Source of the DNA: Candidatus Latescibacterota bacterium
Lineage (GTDB): Bacteria > Latescibacterota > UBA2968 > UBA8231
Length of the DNA stretch: 64,000 nt
Assembly (NCBI GenBank): GCA_965248355.1
Contig: OZ252098.1
Coordinates: 907,099-971,098 of the forward strand
Reading direction: 5' to 3'
Shown in pieces: positions 1 through 9,781 of this stretch (its first letter is position 1; every line of letters begins with the position of its first letter). The notes beneath the pieces were generated by a model. The model ran no database searches and had not been told where the DNA came from. It was given only the letters and a program-made list of their open reading frames with translations. Made by a program: the position numbers and the translations under genes.

Positions 1-86
1 TGGGGCTTGCGCCTGACCGGCCGGGGTTGCGGTGGGGCATGGCTCTGCATATTTTCCCGACGGACCAGAGCAAGCGAGCTGCATCG

Positions 87-773
87 ATGGCCGTCGTGAC
101 CGTTGCTCGTCAGTTGGGAAGCGGTGGAGACCGCATCGCCGAGAGAGTTGCCGGCGTCCTCGCCTACGAGCACGTCGACCGGCGGCTCGTCGAGGAGATC
201 GCGAACATCACCGACACCTCTCCCGAGGAAGTGGAGAAGTACGACGAAAAGGGGGAAGGGAGGGTTCGCTATTTCCTGAAGCGTCTCCTCGTTCCGGAGA
301 TGCCCCCCGGAGGATTCCCCCTCTCTTCGGCAGCTTACTTCCCCGAGTTCGGCCTCGAGTTCCCCTATGTCATGGAACGGGCCGGCGCCGAGCGGCCCAC
401 CTACCTCGATCGGGGCACCTATCAGCTGCTGATCACCACCCTGGTCCAGGACTTCGGGGAGACGGGCAAGGCGGTCGTCGTCGGCCGCGCGAGCCAGGTG
501 ATCCTGGCCCAGAATCCCCAGGCCCTGCACGTGAAGATCATCGCCCCCTTCGACCTGCGCTGCGAGCGGGTTCGGGAGACTCAGGAAGTAACCTCCGAGC
601 AGGCGCAGGAGCTGGTGCAGCAGCACGACCGCTGGCGCAAGCTGTATCTGCGCAACCATCACGACGCCGACTGGGACGATCTGCTCCTCTATCACCTCAC
701 CATAAACACCGGCAAGGTCGATCCGGAGGACGCCGTCGACCTCATCGTCAGGTACGCGACCCGCCAGGGCTGA
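87..773 (+). CDS. cytidylate kinase-like family P-loop protein
   Basis: ORF 27..773. The internal ATG at 87 gives the N-terminus MAVVTVARQLGSGG, a glycine-rich P-loop-like motif typical of this family. Amino-acid composition is balanced, unlike the overlapping frames. Confidence 0.7.
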   Translation: MAVVTVARQLGSGGDRIAERVAGVLAYEHVDRRLVEEIANITDTSPEEVEKYDEKGEGRVRYFLKRLLVPEMPPGGFPLSSAAYFPEFGLEFPYVMERAGAERPTYLDRGTYQLLITTLVQDFGETGKAVVVGRASQVILAQNPQALHVKIIAPFDLRCERVRETQEVTSEQAQELVQQHDRWRKLYLRNHHDADWDDLLLYHLTINTGKVDPEDAVDLIVRYATRQG

Positions 774-868
774 AGCGCCTTTCATGGGGAGTCGCTCCTC
801 CGAGGTCCGGCTCCCTTGAGGGTGGAGGGCCGGATGGACCCTTGTCGACGGACATCCGGGAGACGGAA

Positions 869-2002
869 ATGGGAAAGCTCAAGGTGGGACTGATCGGGGG
901 CGGCGGCCCCGGCAACTTCTTCGGACACGTGCACAAGCGCGCCATCGCCTTGGACAACAGCCGGGAGCTGGTCGCCGGGGCCCTGCGCAGCGATCCCGAG
1001 GCGGCCATGGCGGCGGCCGCGGAGTATGACGTGACGGGCTACCCAAGTCATGAAGCCCTGCTCGAGGCCGTCCAGAAAGGCGACCAGGCCCTCGACTACG
1101 TGACCATCGTAACCCCGAATTTTGCGCACTACGAGCCGGCCAGGGCTTTTGTCGACGCGGGCATTCCCGTGCTCTGTGAAAAGCCGATCACCATGACCGT
1201 CGAGGAGGCCGAGGACCTGCAGCGCCGAGTCGAGGCGCGGGGAGTTCCCTTCATCCTGGCGCACACCTACACCGGCCACCCGATGATGATGCTGGCCAAG
1301 GAACTGGTGCGGCGGGGCCGGATCGGCCAGGTGCGCAAGATCGAGGCGTTCTACAACCAGGGTTGGCTGGCCACCTCGCTGGAGAAGGAGGGACTGCAAC
1401 AAGCCGAGTGGCGCACCGACCCGGGGCGAACCGGTATCTCCAACTGCGGTGGCGATATCGGCACCCACGCCTTCATCGCCGCCACATGGGTCAGCGGCCA
1501 CTCTGCAAAACGGGTATCGGCGCGCCTCAACAGGTTCGTCGAAGGCCGCGTCCTCGACGACGACTTCAACGTCATCGCCGAGCTCGACAACGGCGGCACG
1601 GCATTGATCACGGCCACGCAGATCGCCGTCGGTTACAAGAACGACCACGGCCTGCGCATCTACGGCAGCGAGGGCTCGATCGAATGGCACCAGGAACGCG
1701 CCGAGTCCCTGCTCCTGCGTACCGGGGAGGTGGACGAGACCTTCTGGATCGGGGGGGGCTTCTCCTTCTTCCCCGATTCGGTGGCCTCCTATCTGCGCCT
1801 TCCCTCCGGTCACCACGAGGACTTCTTCGGGGCTCTGGCCAATCTGCACACCTCTCTGGAACGCGTCATCCGCAGGCGCCGCGGCGACGAGGCGCCGGAA
1901 GCCTTTGACCATCCGGGCGTAGCCGAGGGCGTGTCCGGGATGCGTTTCGTGAAGGCCGCCGTGGACAGCTCCGCCAACGGGGGAGCCTGGACGGATGTGT
2001 GA
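869..2002 (+). CDS. Gfo/Idh/MocA family oxidoreductase
   Basis: The real part of ORF 32..2002 starts at ATG 869 (MGKLKVGLIGGGGPGNFFG Rossmann motif). It has the EKP motif (VLCEKPITM) and a long C-terminal dimerisation-like domain. Confidence 0.9.
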   Translation: MGKLKVGLIGGGGPGNFFGHVHKRAIALDNSRELVAGALRSDPEAAMAAAAEYDVTGYPSHEALLEAVQKGDQALDYVTIVTPNFAHYEPARAFVDAGIPVLCEKPITMTVEEAEDLQRRVEARGVPFILAHTYTGHPMMMLAKELVRRGRIGQVRKIEAFYNQGWLATSLEKEGLQQAEWRTDPGRTGISNCGGDIGTHAFIAATWVSGHSAKRVSARLNRFVEGRVLDDDFNVIAELDNGGTALITATQIAVGYKNDHGLRIYGSEGSIEWHQERAESLLLRTGEVDETFWIGGGFSFFPDSVASYLRLPSGHHEDFFGALANLHTSLERVIRRRRGDEAPEAFDHPGVAEGVSGMRFVKAAVDSSANGGAWTDV

Positions 2003-2208
2003 GTCGCCGGCGGAGGGGGTGTTTCCGGGGTGGGGCTTTGGGGCCGCGGGCCGTTTCGGCCGTGGTTGTGCCTCGGACCCGTCCAGGGCCGCCCCGGTGC
2101 TTGCTCCACGCGCCTGAGTATCCTATCTTGACCCGAAGTTTCAGCCGGTCCGAGTCGCCCGGATCGGTCACGGACGTTGCGAACCACGAGGCTTGAGGAG
2201 GCTTTCCC

Positions 2209-3144
2209 ATGCGCTGGCATCTTTGTTCTCTGATGGGCGCGGTCATCGGTCTGGCCCTCGCGTCAGGAGCCGATGCGGTGGTGAACATCCAGAATCTGGG
2301 GGCCGGCGCCCGGTCGGCCTCCCTCGGCAACGCCTTCGTGGCGGTGGCCGACAACGGCGATGCGATGTTCGCCAACCCGGCCGGTCTGGCGACCTTGTCG
2401 GGACGTCAGCTGGCCTACACGAACGTGTCGCTGTTGCACTCGGGTCTCGACGACGACGACCTGGGTCAGCACGTGGTGTCGCTGACGCAGCCGTTGGGCG
2501 GGCGCCTGGCGCTGGGCGTGGGCTACGAGCGCATCGGCTCGGACCAGATGTCGGAGAACGGCGCGTTTCTGGGGCTGGGCTATCGCCTGAGCCGCGACCT
2601 GCATCTGGGTCTGACGGGCAAGTACGTGTTCTGGCAGGTGGCCGCCTTCGACAGCAACGACCCGGTGTCGGGGCAGAGCGCGGGCTCTGTGGGCGCCGAC
2701 GTGGGGCTGCTCTGGCGGACGCCTTTCCGGGGGGCGCGGCTGGGGGTGCAGCTGAAGAACGCGCTGCAGCCGAACGCCACCTGTGACTGTGCGGCCAACG
2801 GCGCGTCTCTGGCGTCGGGGGCCGGGGACCTTCCGATGGATCTGTCGGTGGGTCTGAGCCACCGCCGGGACCAGATGCTGTTGTCGGTTCAGTGGACGGT
2901 GCGGGACGTGGGCGGCGACGGTTCGGAGAGCCGTCTGGTGGTGGGCGGGGAGACGAGCCTGGTGGAGGGCTTGATGCTTCGCGCCGGTGGCAGCCGCATC
3001 TTCGAGGAGGACGCCCAGGGCGATCTGAACGCGGGATTGGGCTATCGCTGGAAGAAGATGCTGTTCGACTACGGCTACCACATCCCCCTCGACCTGGCCG
3101 AGGCCAACGGTTCCCACCGCTTCTCCCTGGCCTGGCAACTCTAA
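2209..3144 (+). CDS. outer-membrane beta-barrel protein (FadL/PorV/UPF0164-like N-terminal motif)
   Basis: GAGGAGG Shine-Dalgarno (SD) sequence upstream. Signal peptide MRWHLCSLMGAVIGLALASGADA, then the GAGARSASLGNAFVAVADNGDAMFANPAGLA motif. Alternating beta-strand pattern and a C-terminal aromatic-rich strand (HRFSLAWQL). Confidence 0.7.
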   Translation: MRWHLCSLMGAVIGLALASGADAVVNIQNLGAGARSASLGNAFVAVADNGDAMFANPAGLATLSGRQLAYTNVSLLHSGLDDDDLGQHVVSLTQPLGGRLALGVGYERIGSDQMSENGAFLGLGYRLSRDLHLGLTGKYVFWQVAAFDSNDPVSGQSAGSVGADVGLLWRTPFRGARLGVQLKNALQPNATCDCAANGASLASGAGDLPMDLSVGLSHRRDQMLLSVQWTVRDVGGDGSESRLVVGGETSLVEGLMLRAGGSRIFEEDAQGDLNAGLGYRWKKMLFDYGYHIPLDLAEANGSHRFSLAWQL

Positions 3145-3177
3145 CCGGGCGGGAATCAGGAATCAGGGGTTCCACAG

Positions 3178-3210
3178 CGGGCCGTCCCTTCCGGGGCGGC
3201 CCGTTTTTTT
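3178..3210 (+). terminator. intrinsic terminator between convergent genes
   Basis: Stem cgggccgtccc / ggggcggcccg (one G-T pair), loop ttcc, followed by 7 T (3204-3210). It lies 34 nt after the OMP stop and abuts the stop of the minus-strand gene at 3213. Confidence 0.65.
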
Positions 3211-3212
3211 GC

Positions 3213-4217
3213 TCAGGCCACCCGGTACCGCTCGACCACGTCGAGGTCGACGTGAACCCCCAGGCCGGGCCCCTCGGGCACGATGAAGTGGCCCTCTTCA
3301 ACGGCGAGGGACCCATCGCAGATGTCGGCCACCCGGGTGAAGGGCAGCTCGTCGCACGGCAGCGTGGCGTTCGGCATCGTCGCCTGCAGGTGCACGGAAT
3401 AGGCTGCGTGAACGCCCAGGCAAAGCCCGCCCTTCTGCACCCAGACGGGCACGTTGGCCGCCTGGGCCAGGGCGGCCAACGTGCGGACCTGCACCGCGGG
3501 CCCCCCGATGTTCAGGTAGTCGATGGCCTCGGCCTTGAGCGCCGCCAGAACAGCGGAAGGCGAGCCGAGGTGGAGAGCCTGGGGAATCCAGGTCTTCTCG
3601 CGCAGCAGCCGGTACCAGTCGAGATTGTCCTTGAGGACGGGATCCTCGAAGTTGGCCACGGTGCCGAAGGGCTCCAGTTTGGCCGCCAGCCGGGCCGCCA
3701 CGGAGGGCTGAACGAACTGGGTATTCGGGTCGACACCGACCGTGTAGTCCGGGCCGGCGGCCTCCTTCATCAGACGCACGGTCTCGACGATGTCCCATGG
3801 CCGCGCCTTGAGCTTGTGGTTCGTGAACCCCTTGCGGACTCCCACCTCGGCTTCGGCCGCGGTCTCGGCCGGCTCCATGTGGCAGGACCAGTAGGAGACA
3901 GGGACTCGGTCCCGCACCTTGGCGCCGAAGAAACGGTGCACGGGCACCCCCCAGGCCTGGCCGGCGATGTCGAGCAGGGCGCAGCAGATCGGATCCGGCT
4001 GGGCGAAGGCGTCGAGGGCCAACGGATCCTGGCCGGCCAAGGTGGCGAAACCGGCCTCGAGGTCGGCCTTGCGGCCCTGGCACTCGCCCCAGCCGGTCAG
4101 ACCTTCGTCCGTTCCCAGCCGGACCAGGGTGAGATCGTAGATCTTCGGGACGTACCTGGCGATGGGAGGGATAGGCGGTATCTCGACTTCGAACAGCTCC
4201 ACGGCGGTGATCTTCAT
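3213..4217 (-). CDS. enolase-superfamily protein (mandelate racemase/muconate lactonizing enzyme family), atypical
   Basis: ORF 3213..4262. The ATG at 4217 gives MKITAVELFEVEIP. It has a KxK motif (HKLKA), DPN and FEDP metal motifs, and a C-terminal PGLGV motif. Confidence 0.85.
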   Translation of the reverse strand: MKITAVELFEVEIPPIPPIARYVPKIYDLTLVRLGTDEGLTGWGECQGRKADLEAGFATLAGQDPLALDAFAQPDPICCALLDIAGQAWGVPVHRFFGAKVRDRVPVSYWSCHMEPAETAAEAEVGVRKGFTNHKLKARPWDIVETVRLMKEAAGPDYTVGVDPNTQFVQPSVAARLAAKLEPFGTVANFEDPVLKDNLDWYRLLREKTWIPQALHLGSPSAVLAALKAEAIDYLNIGGPAVQVRTLAALAQAANVPVWVQKGGLCLGVHAAYSVHLQATMPNATLPCDELPFTRVADICDGSLAVEEGHFIVPEGPGLGVHVDLDVVERYRVA

Positions 4218-4278
4218 CAGGTCGGCCTTTCTCGGGGGGCCCTGCGGGCTGCCTCGGAGCACAAGATAGGAGGATTCT

Positions 4279-5028
4279 GTGGAAGCCGCCTCGACGACGG
4301 ACCTGGGGATCCTGAACGCCGTTCTCGGCCTGGCGGCGCTCGTCGCCTCGGTGACCGGATTCGGCTACGCCCTGGTGGCCGTGCCCCTGCTGGTGCTCCT
4401 GCTGCCCCCGGTGCGGCTGGTGCCTGTCGTGCTCATCAGCTGGGTACCCCTCGCCCTCCTCCTGCTGGCCCAGAGCTGGAGGCACCTCGACCCGGGGCGG
4501 CTCCTGCGCCTGCTCGCCGGTGCCTTGTTCGGCGCACCACTCGGGATCTTCATGTTGTCGTCCCTGCCGGAGCCGACGATGCGATCCGTCATCGGCGCCA
4601 TCACCCTGCTCGCCGCCGCCTCGCTTCTGTTCCGGCCCCGACGGCCTTTCGCCCGCGAGGGACCCGCCTTGCTGATGGCCGGCCTCTTCAGCGGGATCAC
4701 GGGGGGGGCCAGCGGCATGTCGGGACCGCCGATCGTGCTTCTCGGCCTCAAGCAACGCTGGGAGGCCGAGGGATTCCGCGCCGACCTGCTCTGCTTCTTC
4801 CTCCTTCTCCACGCCTCCGTTGCGGCCGGGCTGGGCCACATGGGCCTGCTCTCCGGCGGGATTCTCCAGCTTTCCCTCGCCGTGCTTCCGGGCGTGTTTC
4901 TGGGATACGCGGTCGGCACGAAGCTGAGGGGACGTATCGATGCTCCCATGTACCGGCGGCTGGCCGTCTCGATCGTCGTCGTGGGCGGGATCTGGGCGCT
5001 CCTCTCCCCCCTGGCCCAAGGGCTGTGA
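4279..5028 (+). CDS. TSUP (TauE/SafE) family anion exporter
   Basis: GTG start preceded by TAGGAGGA. About 8 hydrophobic helices and a two-fold internal repeat with GxGGG-like motifs (GITGGASGMSGPP). Confidence 0.85.
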   Translation: MEAASTTDLGILNAVLGLAALVASVTGFGYALVAVPLLVLLLPPVRLVPVVLISWVPLALLLLAQSWRHLDPGRLLRLLAGALFGAPLGIFMLSSLPEPTMRSVIGAITLLAAASLLFRPRRPFAREGPALLMAGLFSGITGGASGMSGPPIVLLGLKQRWEAEGFRADLLCFFLLLHASVAAGLGHMGLLSGGILQLSLAVLPGVFLGYAVGTKLRGRIDAPMYRRLAVSIVVVGGIWALLSPLAQGL

Positions 5029-5032
5029 TCTG

Positions 5033-5713
5033 ATGGATGGAGGAAAGGCAGCGCGCCAGGCGATCGAGAGCGTGCGCCGCTACTACGACGAGCGCGGGAT
5101 CTTCCTGGGCCGGTGGGGCTTCGGCCGGCGTCCCGCGCTGGTCGTCATCGACATGGCCTACGGGTGGACCGACCCGGCCTACGCCACCGGTTCCAGCAGG
5201 CTGGACGAGGCCGTGGAGGGCATCGGCCGGCTGCTGCCCATCTGCCGGGAGAAGGGGGTCCCTGTGGTGTACACCACCTCCCCCTATCGTCCGGAGGATG
5301 GGGAGGAGCCCATGCACCGGCGCCAGGACCGGGCCCACCGGCCGTGGGACGCCCGGGCCTGCGAGATCGACGCGAGGTTGAGACCGCGTCGAGGGGAGAT
5401 CGTGATCTTCAAGGAGAATGCCTCGGCCTTCTTCGGGACCCATCTGGCGCCTTGTCTGATCGAGCGCGAAGTCGACACGGTGCTGGTGACGGGGTGCTCC
5501 ACGAGCGCTTGCGTGCGGGCTACGGCCACCGACGCCCGGGCCTATCGATTCAGGGCCATCGTGCCTCGTCAGTGCGTGCAGGACCGGTCCGAGGCGGCCC
5601 ACGAGTACAACCTCTTCGACATCGACGCCAAGTTCGGGGACGTGGTCGATATCGAGGAAACCATCGACTACCTCCGGGGCCTTGCGGAGGGAGGACAGGT
5701 CGACGCGCCATGA
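5033..5713 (+). CDS. isochorismatase-family cysteine hydrolase (N-carbamoylsarcosine amidase-like)
   Basis: ATG 5033 within ORF 4940..5713. D-K-C triad context: LVVIDMAYG, IFKENASAFF, VTGCSTSACVRAT. Confidence 0.85.
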   Translation: MDGGKAARQAIESVRRYYDERGIFLGRWGFGRRPALVVIDMAYGWTDPAYATGSSRLDEAVEGIGRLLPICREKGVPVVYTTSPYRPEDGEEPMHRRQDRAHRPWDARACEIDARLRPRRGEIVIFKENASAFFGTHLAPCLIEREVDTVLVTGCSTSACVRATATDARAYRFRAIVPRQCVQDRSEAAHEYNLFDIDAKFGDVVDIEETIDYLRGLAEGGQVDAP

Positions 5714-6687
5714 GGATCCTGGTCACCGGGATCACGGGGCGCATCGGTGCCAATCTGGCGGTCCGGCTCGTGCACGCCGGCCACGAGGTTCGCGGCCTGG
5801 TGTGGAGTGGGGATCGGCGCACCCGGAAGCTGGAGGGCCTCGGCGTAGAGCTGGTGGAGGGCAGCCTGACGGAACCGGCGGACGTCGACTCGGCGGTGGA
5901 CGGCATGGAGGCGGTCTATCACCTCGGAGCCGCCTTCCAGGGTGGGGGGCCCTTCACCGAGGAGGACTATTTCCGCGTCAACGTGGGGGGGACCTTCCAC
6001 GTCCTGCAAGCCTGCCGCCGTCAGCCGGCTTTCCGCCACCTGTTGTTCGCCAGCACCGATGCCCTGTACGAGAAATACGTCCCCGGGGGCCTGCGCGACC
6101 CGATCACCGAGGACACGCCGCGGCGACCTGCGGGCTGGTATGCCCTGTCGAAGGCGCTCGGGGAGGAGATGTGCGAGGGATACTGGCGCAGCGGCCGGCT
6201 GCCGGTGACGATCCTGCGCTTCTCCATGGTCCTGGGGGCGGGGGAGGTGCTCGACTTTCCGCAGTTCTACCTGAGCCGGATGAAGACCGGCCATCCGGTT
6301 CTGGAGGCCCTCTGGGAAGGAGAGGAGCGTCTCCTGCTGCTGAAGGACGACGCCGGCCGGCCCTACATGAAGCACGTGGCCGACGTGCGCGACATCGTCC
6401 AGGGCTGTCTCTGCGCCCTGGGCAAGGAGCGGGCCTACGGGCGCCGGTACCAGTTGGCCGGCCCCAGGGCTTTCACTTGGGACGAGGTCATCTACCGGCT
6501 CACCGAGGTGCTCGGGATCCCCTTCGTCGAGGCCTGCCCCGGGGGGGTGCCCACCCACTACGAGTTCGACCTGACACGCTCGATGCGCGAGCTCGGCTTT
6601 CAGCCCCAGTACGACATCGTGCGCATGATCGTTGACGCTCTGTCCCATCGCCGGGGCGAGCCGGTCGGGATCCTGCCGACGGTGTGA
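5710..6687 (+). CDS. NAD-dependent epimerase/dehydratase (extended SDR)
   Basis: ATGA overlap with the upstream stop. MRILVTGITGRIG (GxxGxxG) and YALSK (YxxxK). Confidence 0.9.
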   Translation: MRILVTGITGRIGANLAVRLVHAGHEVRGLVWSGDRRTRKLEGLGVELVEGSLTEPADVDSAVDGMEAVYHLGAAFQGGGPFTEEDYFRVNVGGTFHVLQACRRQPAFRHLLFASTDALYEKYVPGGLRDPITEDTPRRPAGWYALSKALGEEMCEGYWRSGRLPVTILRFSMVLGAGEVLDFPQFYLSRMKTGHPVLEALWEGEERLLLLKDDAGRPYMKHVADVRDIVQGCLCALGKERAYGRRYQLAGPRAFTWDEVIYRLTEVLGIPFVEACPGGVPTHYEFDLTRSMRELGFQPQYDIVRMIVDALSHRRGEPVGILPTV

Positions 6688-6715
6688 GGCCTGACGCGTG
6701 AAAGAGAGGAAGGGA

Positions 6716-8059
6716 ATGGCAAGTGACCGGGAGCAACTGAAGAGCTCTGTCTGCGCCTCCGTCGAGGCCAGCCGGGACCGCATCGTCGGCCTGGGCGAGT
6801 CGGTGATGGACGAGCCGGAGGTCGGGTTCAAGGAGCACCGGACGGCGGACCGCATGAAGGCGGTATTCGAGGAAGCCGGCCTGCCCTTCGAGGGGGGACT
6901 CGCCCTGACGGGTGTTCGGGCCGTGCTGGAGGGTGGCCGGCCCGGGCCGACGCTCGCCCTCATGGGCGAGCTGGACGCCCTGGTCCTTCCCGGCCATCCG
7001 CGCGCCGACCGCGCCACGGGCGCGGCCCACGCCTGCGGTCACAACGCCCAGATCGCCGCCCTCGCCGGCGCGGCCCTGGGTCTGGCCAACTCCGGGATCG
7101 CCCCGCAGTTGTCCGGGCGCGTCGTGTTCTTCGCGGTGCCCGCCGAGGAGTACGTGGAGATCGACTACCGCCTCGATCTCGTGCGCCAGGGGCGGACCAC
7201 CTTCCTGGCCGGCAAGCCGGAGCTCCTGCAGCTGGGTGCCTTCGACGACGTCGACATGGCCGTCATGATCCACTCAGGCAGCGGCGATACCCTCGAGGGC
7301 TCGTACGGCTTGTCAGAGTCGTCGAACGGCTTCCTGGCCAAGAGCGTCCGCTTCCATGGCCGGGCCGCGCACTCGGGATTGGCCCCGGAGCGGGGCGTGA
7401 ACGCCCTGAACGCCGCGAGTCTCGCCTTGACCGCCATCAACGGGCAGCGCGAGACCTTCCGCGACGAGGACTGCGTGCGCGTCCACCCCATTCTCACGAA
7501 GGGAGGGGACATCGTCAACATCGTCCCTGCCGAGACGCGCATGGAGACCTACGTGCGGGCGCGCACGGCCCAGGCCATGGAGGACGCCGCCGCCAAGGTC
7601 GACCGCGCGATCAAGGGTGCGGCCATGGCCTTCGGGTGCACGGTGGAGATCGAGACCCTTCCGGGATACCTGCCCCTCGCCAACGACCCCGAGCTCGCCC
7701 GCCTCTTCCGCAGCAGCGCCGGCCGCCTCTTCGGCGAGCAGGAGTACCAGGCTCTCGCCCACGGAGGCGGGTCCACCGACGCCGGGGATCTGAGCCAGCT
7801 CATGCCGGTCCTGCATCCGGTGATGACCGGTGCCCGAGGCGCGGCCCACGCCGTGGACTGGCACATCGCCGATCCCGAGGCCGGCTACATGGCGCCGGCG
7901 AAGACACTGGCCATGATGGCCGTCGACCTGCTGTCCCACGGCGCCGAGGGTGCGCGCCGCGTCCTGGCCGAGGCCCGGCCGCCCCTCACGCGGGAGGACT
8001 ACCTGCGACAGCAGAAGGCACGGTTCCGGTCCGAGGTCTACGACCCGGAGGCGGCCTGA
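6716..8059 (+). CDS. M20-family amidohydrolase (N-acyl-amino-acid amidohydrolase-like)
   Basis: ORF 6698..8059. ATG 6716 is preceded by AGAGGAAGGGA. It has the HACGHNAQ metal motif and M20D-like architecture. Confidence 0.88.
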   Translation: MASDREQLKSSVCASVEASRDRIVGLGESVMDEPEVGFKEHRTADRMKAVFEEAGLPFEGGLALTGVRAVLEGGRPGPTLALMGELDALVLPGHPRADRATGAAHACGHNAQIAALAGAALGLANSGIAPQLSGRVVFFAVPAEEYVEIDYRLDLVRQGRTTFLAGKPELLQLGAFDDVDMAVMIHSGSGDTLEGSYGLSESSNGFLAKSVRFHGRAAHSGLAPERGVNALNAASLALTAINGQRETFRDEDCVRVHPILTKGGDIVNIVPAETRMETYVRARTAQAMEDAAAKVDRAIKGAAMAFGCTVEIETLPGYLPLANDPELARLFRSSAGRLFGEQEYQALAHGGGSTDAGDLSQLMPVLHPVMTGARGAAHAVDWHIADPEAGYMAPAKTLAMMAVDLLSHGAEGARRVLAEARPPLTREDYLRQQKARFRSEVYDPEAA

Positions 8060-8094
8060 ACAACACACAACCACTTCGATGAAGGGGACAGGAG

Positions 8095-8868
8095 ATGCCG
8101 TATCGACTCGGGCTGGTCACCTACCAACTGGCCAAGGACTGGGACGTGGAGGAGATCATCGCCAACTGTACCGAGACCGGGTTCGAGGGCGTCGAGCTGC
8201 GTACAACCCACGCTCACGGGGTCGAGGTGGAGCTCAGCGCCGCGCAGCGCCAGCAGGTGCGCGCCAGGTTCGCCGACTCGGCGGTTGAGCTCGTCGGTCT
8301 GGGCTCGGCCTTCGAGTACGACTCCACCGACGAGGCCGAGCTGCGCCGGAACATCGAAGGCACGAAGGAATACGCCCGCCTTGCGGCGGACGTGGGCGCG
8401 CCGGGGATCAAGGTGCGGCCGAACAAGGTGCACGACGACGAAGGGATCCCGAGAGAGAGGACCTTCGAGCAGATCGGACGAGCCCTGCGGGAATGCGGCG
8501 AGTGCGCCGGGCAGCTCGGCGTCGAGATCCGTCTCGAGGTCCACGGCCGGGTCACCTGCGAGCCGGCGAACATCCGCGCCATCCTCGACCACGCCGATCA
8601 CGACAACGTCTTCGCCTGCTGGAACTCGAATCCGCAGGACGGTGACGACTCGGGCTCGATCGACGCCAACTTCGCCTTGTTGGAGAAGGAGATGCGTCTC
8701 GTGCACATCAACGAGTTGTGGAGCGGTTACCCGTGGGCCCGGCTGTTCGAGCTGCTGCACGACTCGGGCTATGACGGTTTCACCCTGGCCGAGATTCCCC
8801 CCAGCCAGGACCCGCTTCGGCTGATGCGGTACTACCGGGCCCTGTGGCGGGCCTCCGGAGCCGGGTGA
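8095..8868 (+). CDS. sugar phosphate isomerase/epimerase (xylose isomerase-like TIM barrel)
   Basis: GGAG SD sequence upstream. The sequence LVTYQLAKDWDVEEIIANCTETGFEGVELR and the EVH/ dxxH pattern are typical of the AP_endonuc_2 fold. Confidence 0.85.
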   Translation: MPYRLGLVTYQLAKDWDVEEIIANCTETGFEGVELRTTHAHGVEVELSAAQRQQVRARFADSAVELVGLGSAFEYDSTDEAELRRNIEGTKEYARLAADVGAPGIKVRPNKVHDDEGIPRERTFEQIGRALRECGECAGQLGVEIRLEVHGRVTCEPANIRAILDHADHDNVFACWNSNPQDGDDSGSIDANFALLEKEMRLVHINELWSGYPWARLFELLHDSGYDGFTLAEIPPSQDPLRLMRYYRALWRASGAG

Positions 8869-9707
8869 TGCCGGAGATCGCCTACGTCAACGGCGTCTTC
8901 CTGCCCATCGACGAGGCCGTGGTTTCCATCGAGGACCGCGGGTTCCAGTTTGCCGATGGCGTGTACGAGGTGGTCGCCACCTACGGTGGGCGGCCGTACG
9001 CGATGGCAGGCCACCTGAGGCGCCTGGACCGCAGCCTCCGGGAGATCCGCATCGACTTTGACGTGAAGGCCCTTCCTGCCCTCGTGGAGGAGGGGATCCG
9101 GCGCTCGGGCTTCGACGAGACCCTGATCTACATTCAGGTGACCCGCGGGGCGGCTCCCCGCAACCACGAGTTCCCCGAACGCCGCCCGGAACCGACGGTG
9201 GTCATGACGGTGAAGGAGCTGCAACGCCCCGATCCAGGACTGTACGAGGGCGGCGTGAAGGTGATCACCACCCCGGACCTGCGCTGGAAACGCTGCGATA
9301 TCAAGTCGATCGCGCTGCTGCCGAACATCCTCGCCAAGCAGCTGGCGCACGAGGCCGGCGCCTACGAGTCCTTGCTGATCGATGCCCTCGGCCGCGTGAC
9401 CGAGGGCTCCTCGACCAGCTCCTTCATGGTGGCCGACGGCGCCGTGCACACCTCGCCCGAGGGGCCTCACATCCTGCCTTCGATCACGCGCGGTATCCTG
9501 TTGGACATCATCCGTGATCTGGGCCTCCCGCTGCACGAGAGGTTCTGCCAGGTCGAGGAGTACCGGTCCGCCGAGGAGGTCTTCCTCGCCGGCACCTCGA
9601 CGGAGGCCATGCCCGTCGTGCAGGTCGACGACACCCGGATCGGCCCTGGCCGGCCCGGTCCCCTGACGCGGCGGTTCCGGGAGGCCTTCCTCTCCAGGAT
9701 AGGCTGA
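8868..9707 (+). CDS. dat: D-amino-acid aminotransferase (fold type IV PLP enzyme)
   Basis: The TGATG junction couples it to the upstream gene. EDRGFQFADGVYEV, IQVTRGAAPRNHEFP, RCDIKS (PLP lysine context) and VTEGSSTS closely track Bacillus D-amino-acid transaminase motifs. Confidence 0.85.
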   Translation: MPEIAYVNGVFLPIDEAVVSIEDRGFQFADGVYEVVATYGGRPYAMAGHLRRLDRSLREIRIDFDVKALPALVEEGIRRSGFDETLIYIQVTRGAAPRNHEFPERRPEPTVVMTVKELQRPDPGLYEGGVKVITTPDLRWKRCDIKSIALLPNILAKQLAHEAGAYESLLIDALGRVTEGSSTSSFMVADGAVHTSPEGPHILPSITRGILLDIIRDLGLPLHERFCQVEEYRSAEEVFLAGTSTEAMPVVQVDDTRIGPGRPGPLTRRFREAFLSRIG

Positions 9708-9723
9708 AGCCGCCGTACACGAA

Positions 9724-9760
9724 ACGAGGCGGACCCGCCGCCTGGCCGGGTCCGCCTCGT
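9724..9760. terminator. perfect 14-bp hairpin between convergent genes
   Basis: acgaggcggacccg / cgggtccgcctcgt with a 9-nt loop. On the minus strand it is followed by TTTCGTGT, so it most plausibly terminates the aldehyde dehydrogenase gene. Confidence 0.5.
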
Positions 9761-9781
9761 ACGTCCCGCCGGGGGGGGCGG

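Noticed and set aside
3152-3167. Direct repeat ggaatcag-gaatcag just after the OMP stop
   Set aside because: It is a short two-copy repeat with no further copies in the window, most likely incidental sequence upstream of the terminator hairpin.
2892-5033. 713-aa plus-strand ORF spanning three annotated genes
   Set aside because: It is a low-complexity RPG-rich translation. It is antisense or out of frame to the enolase-superfamily and TauE genes, which have clear family motifs.
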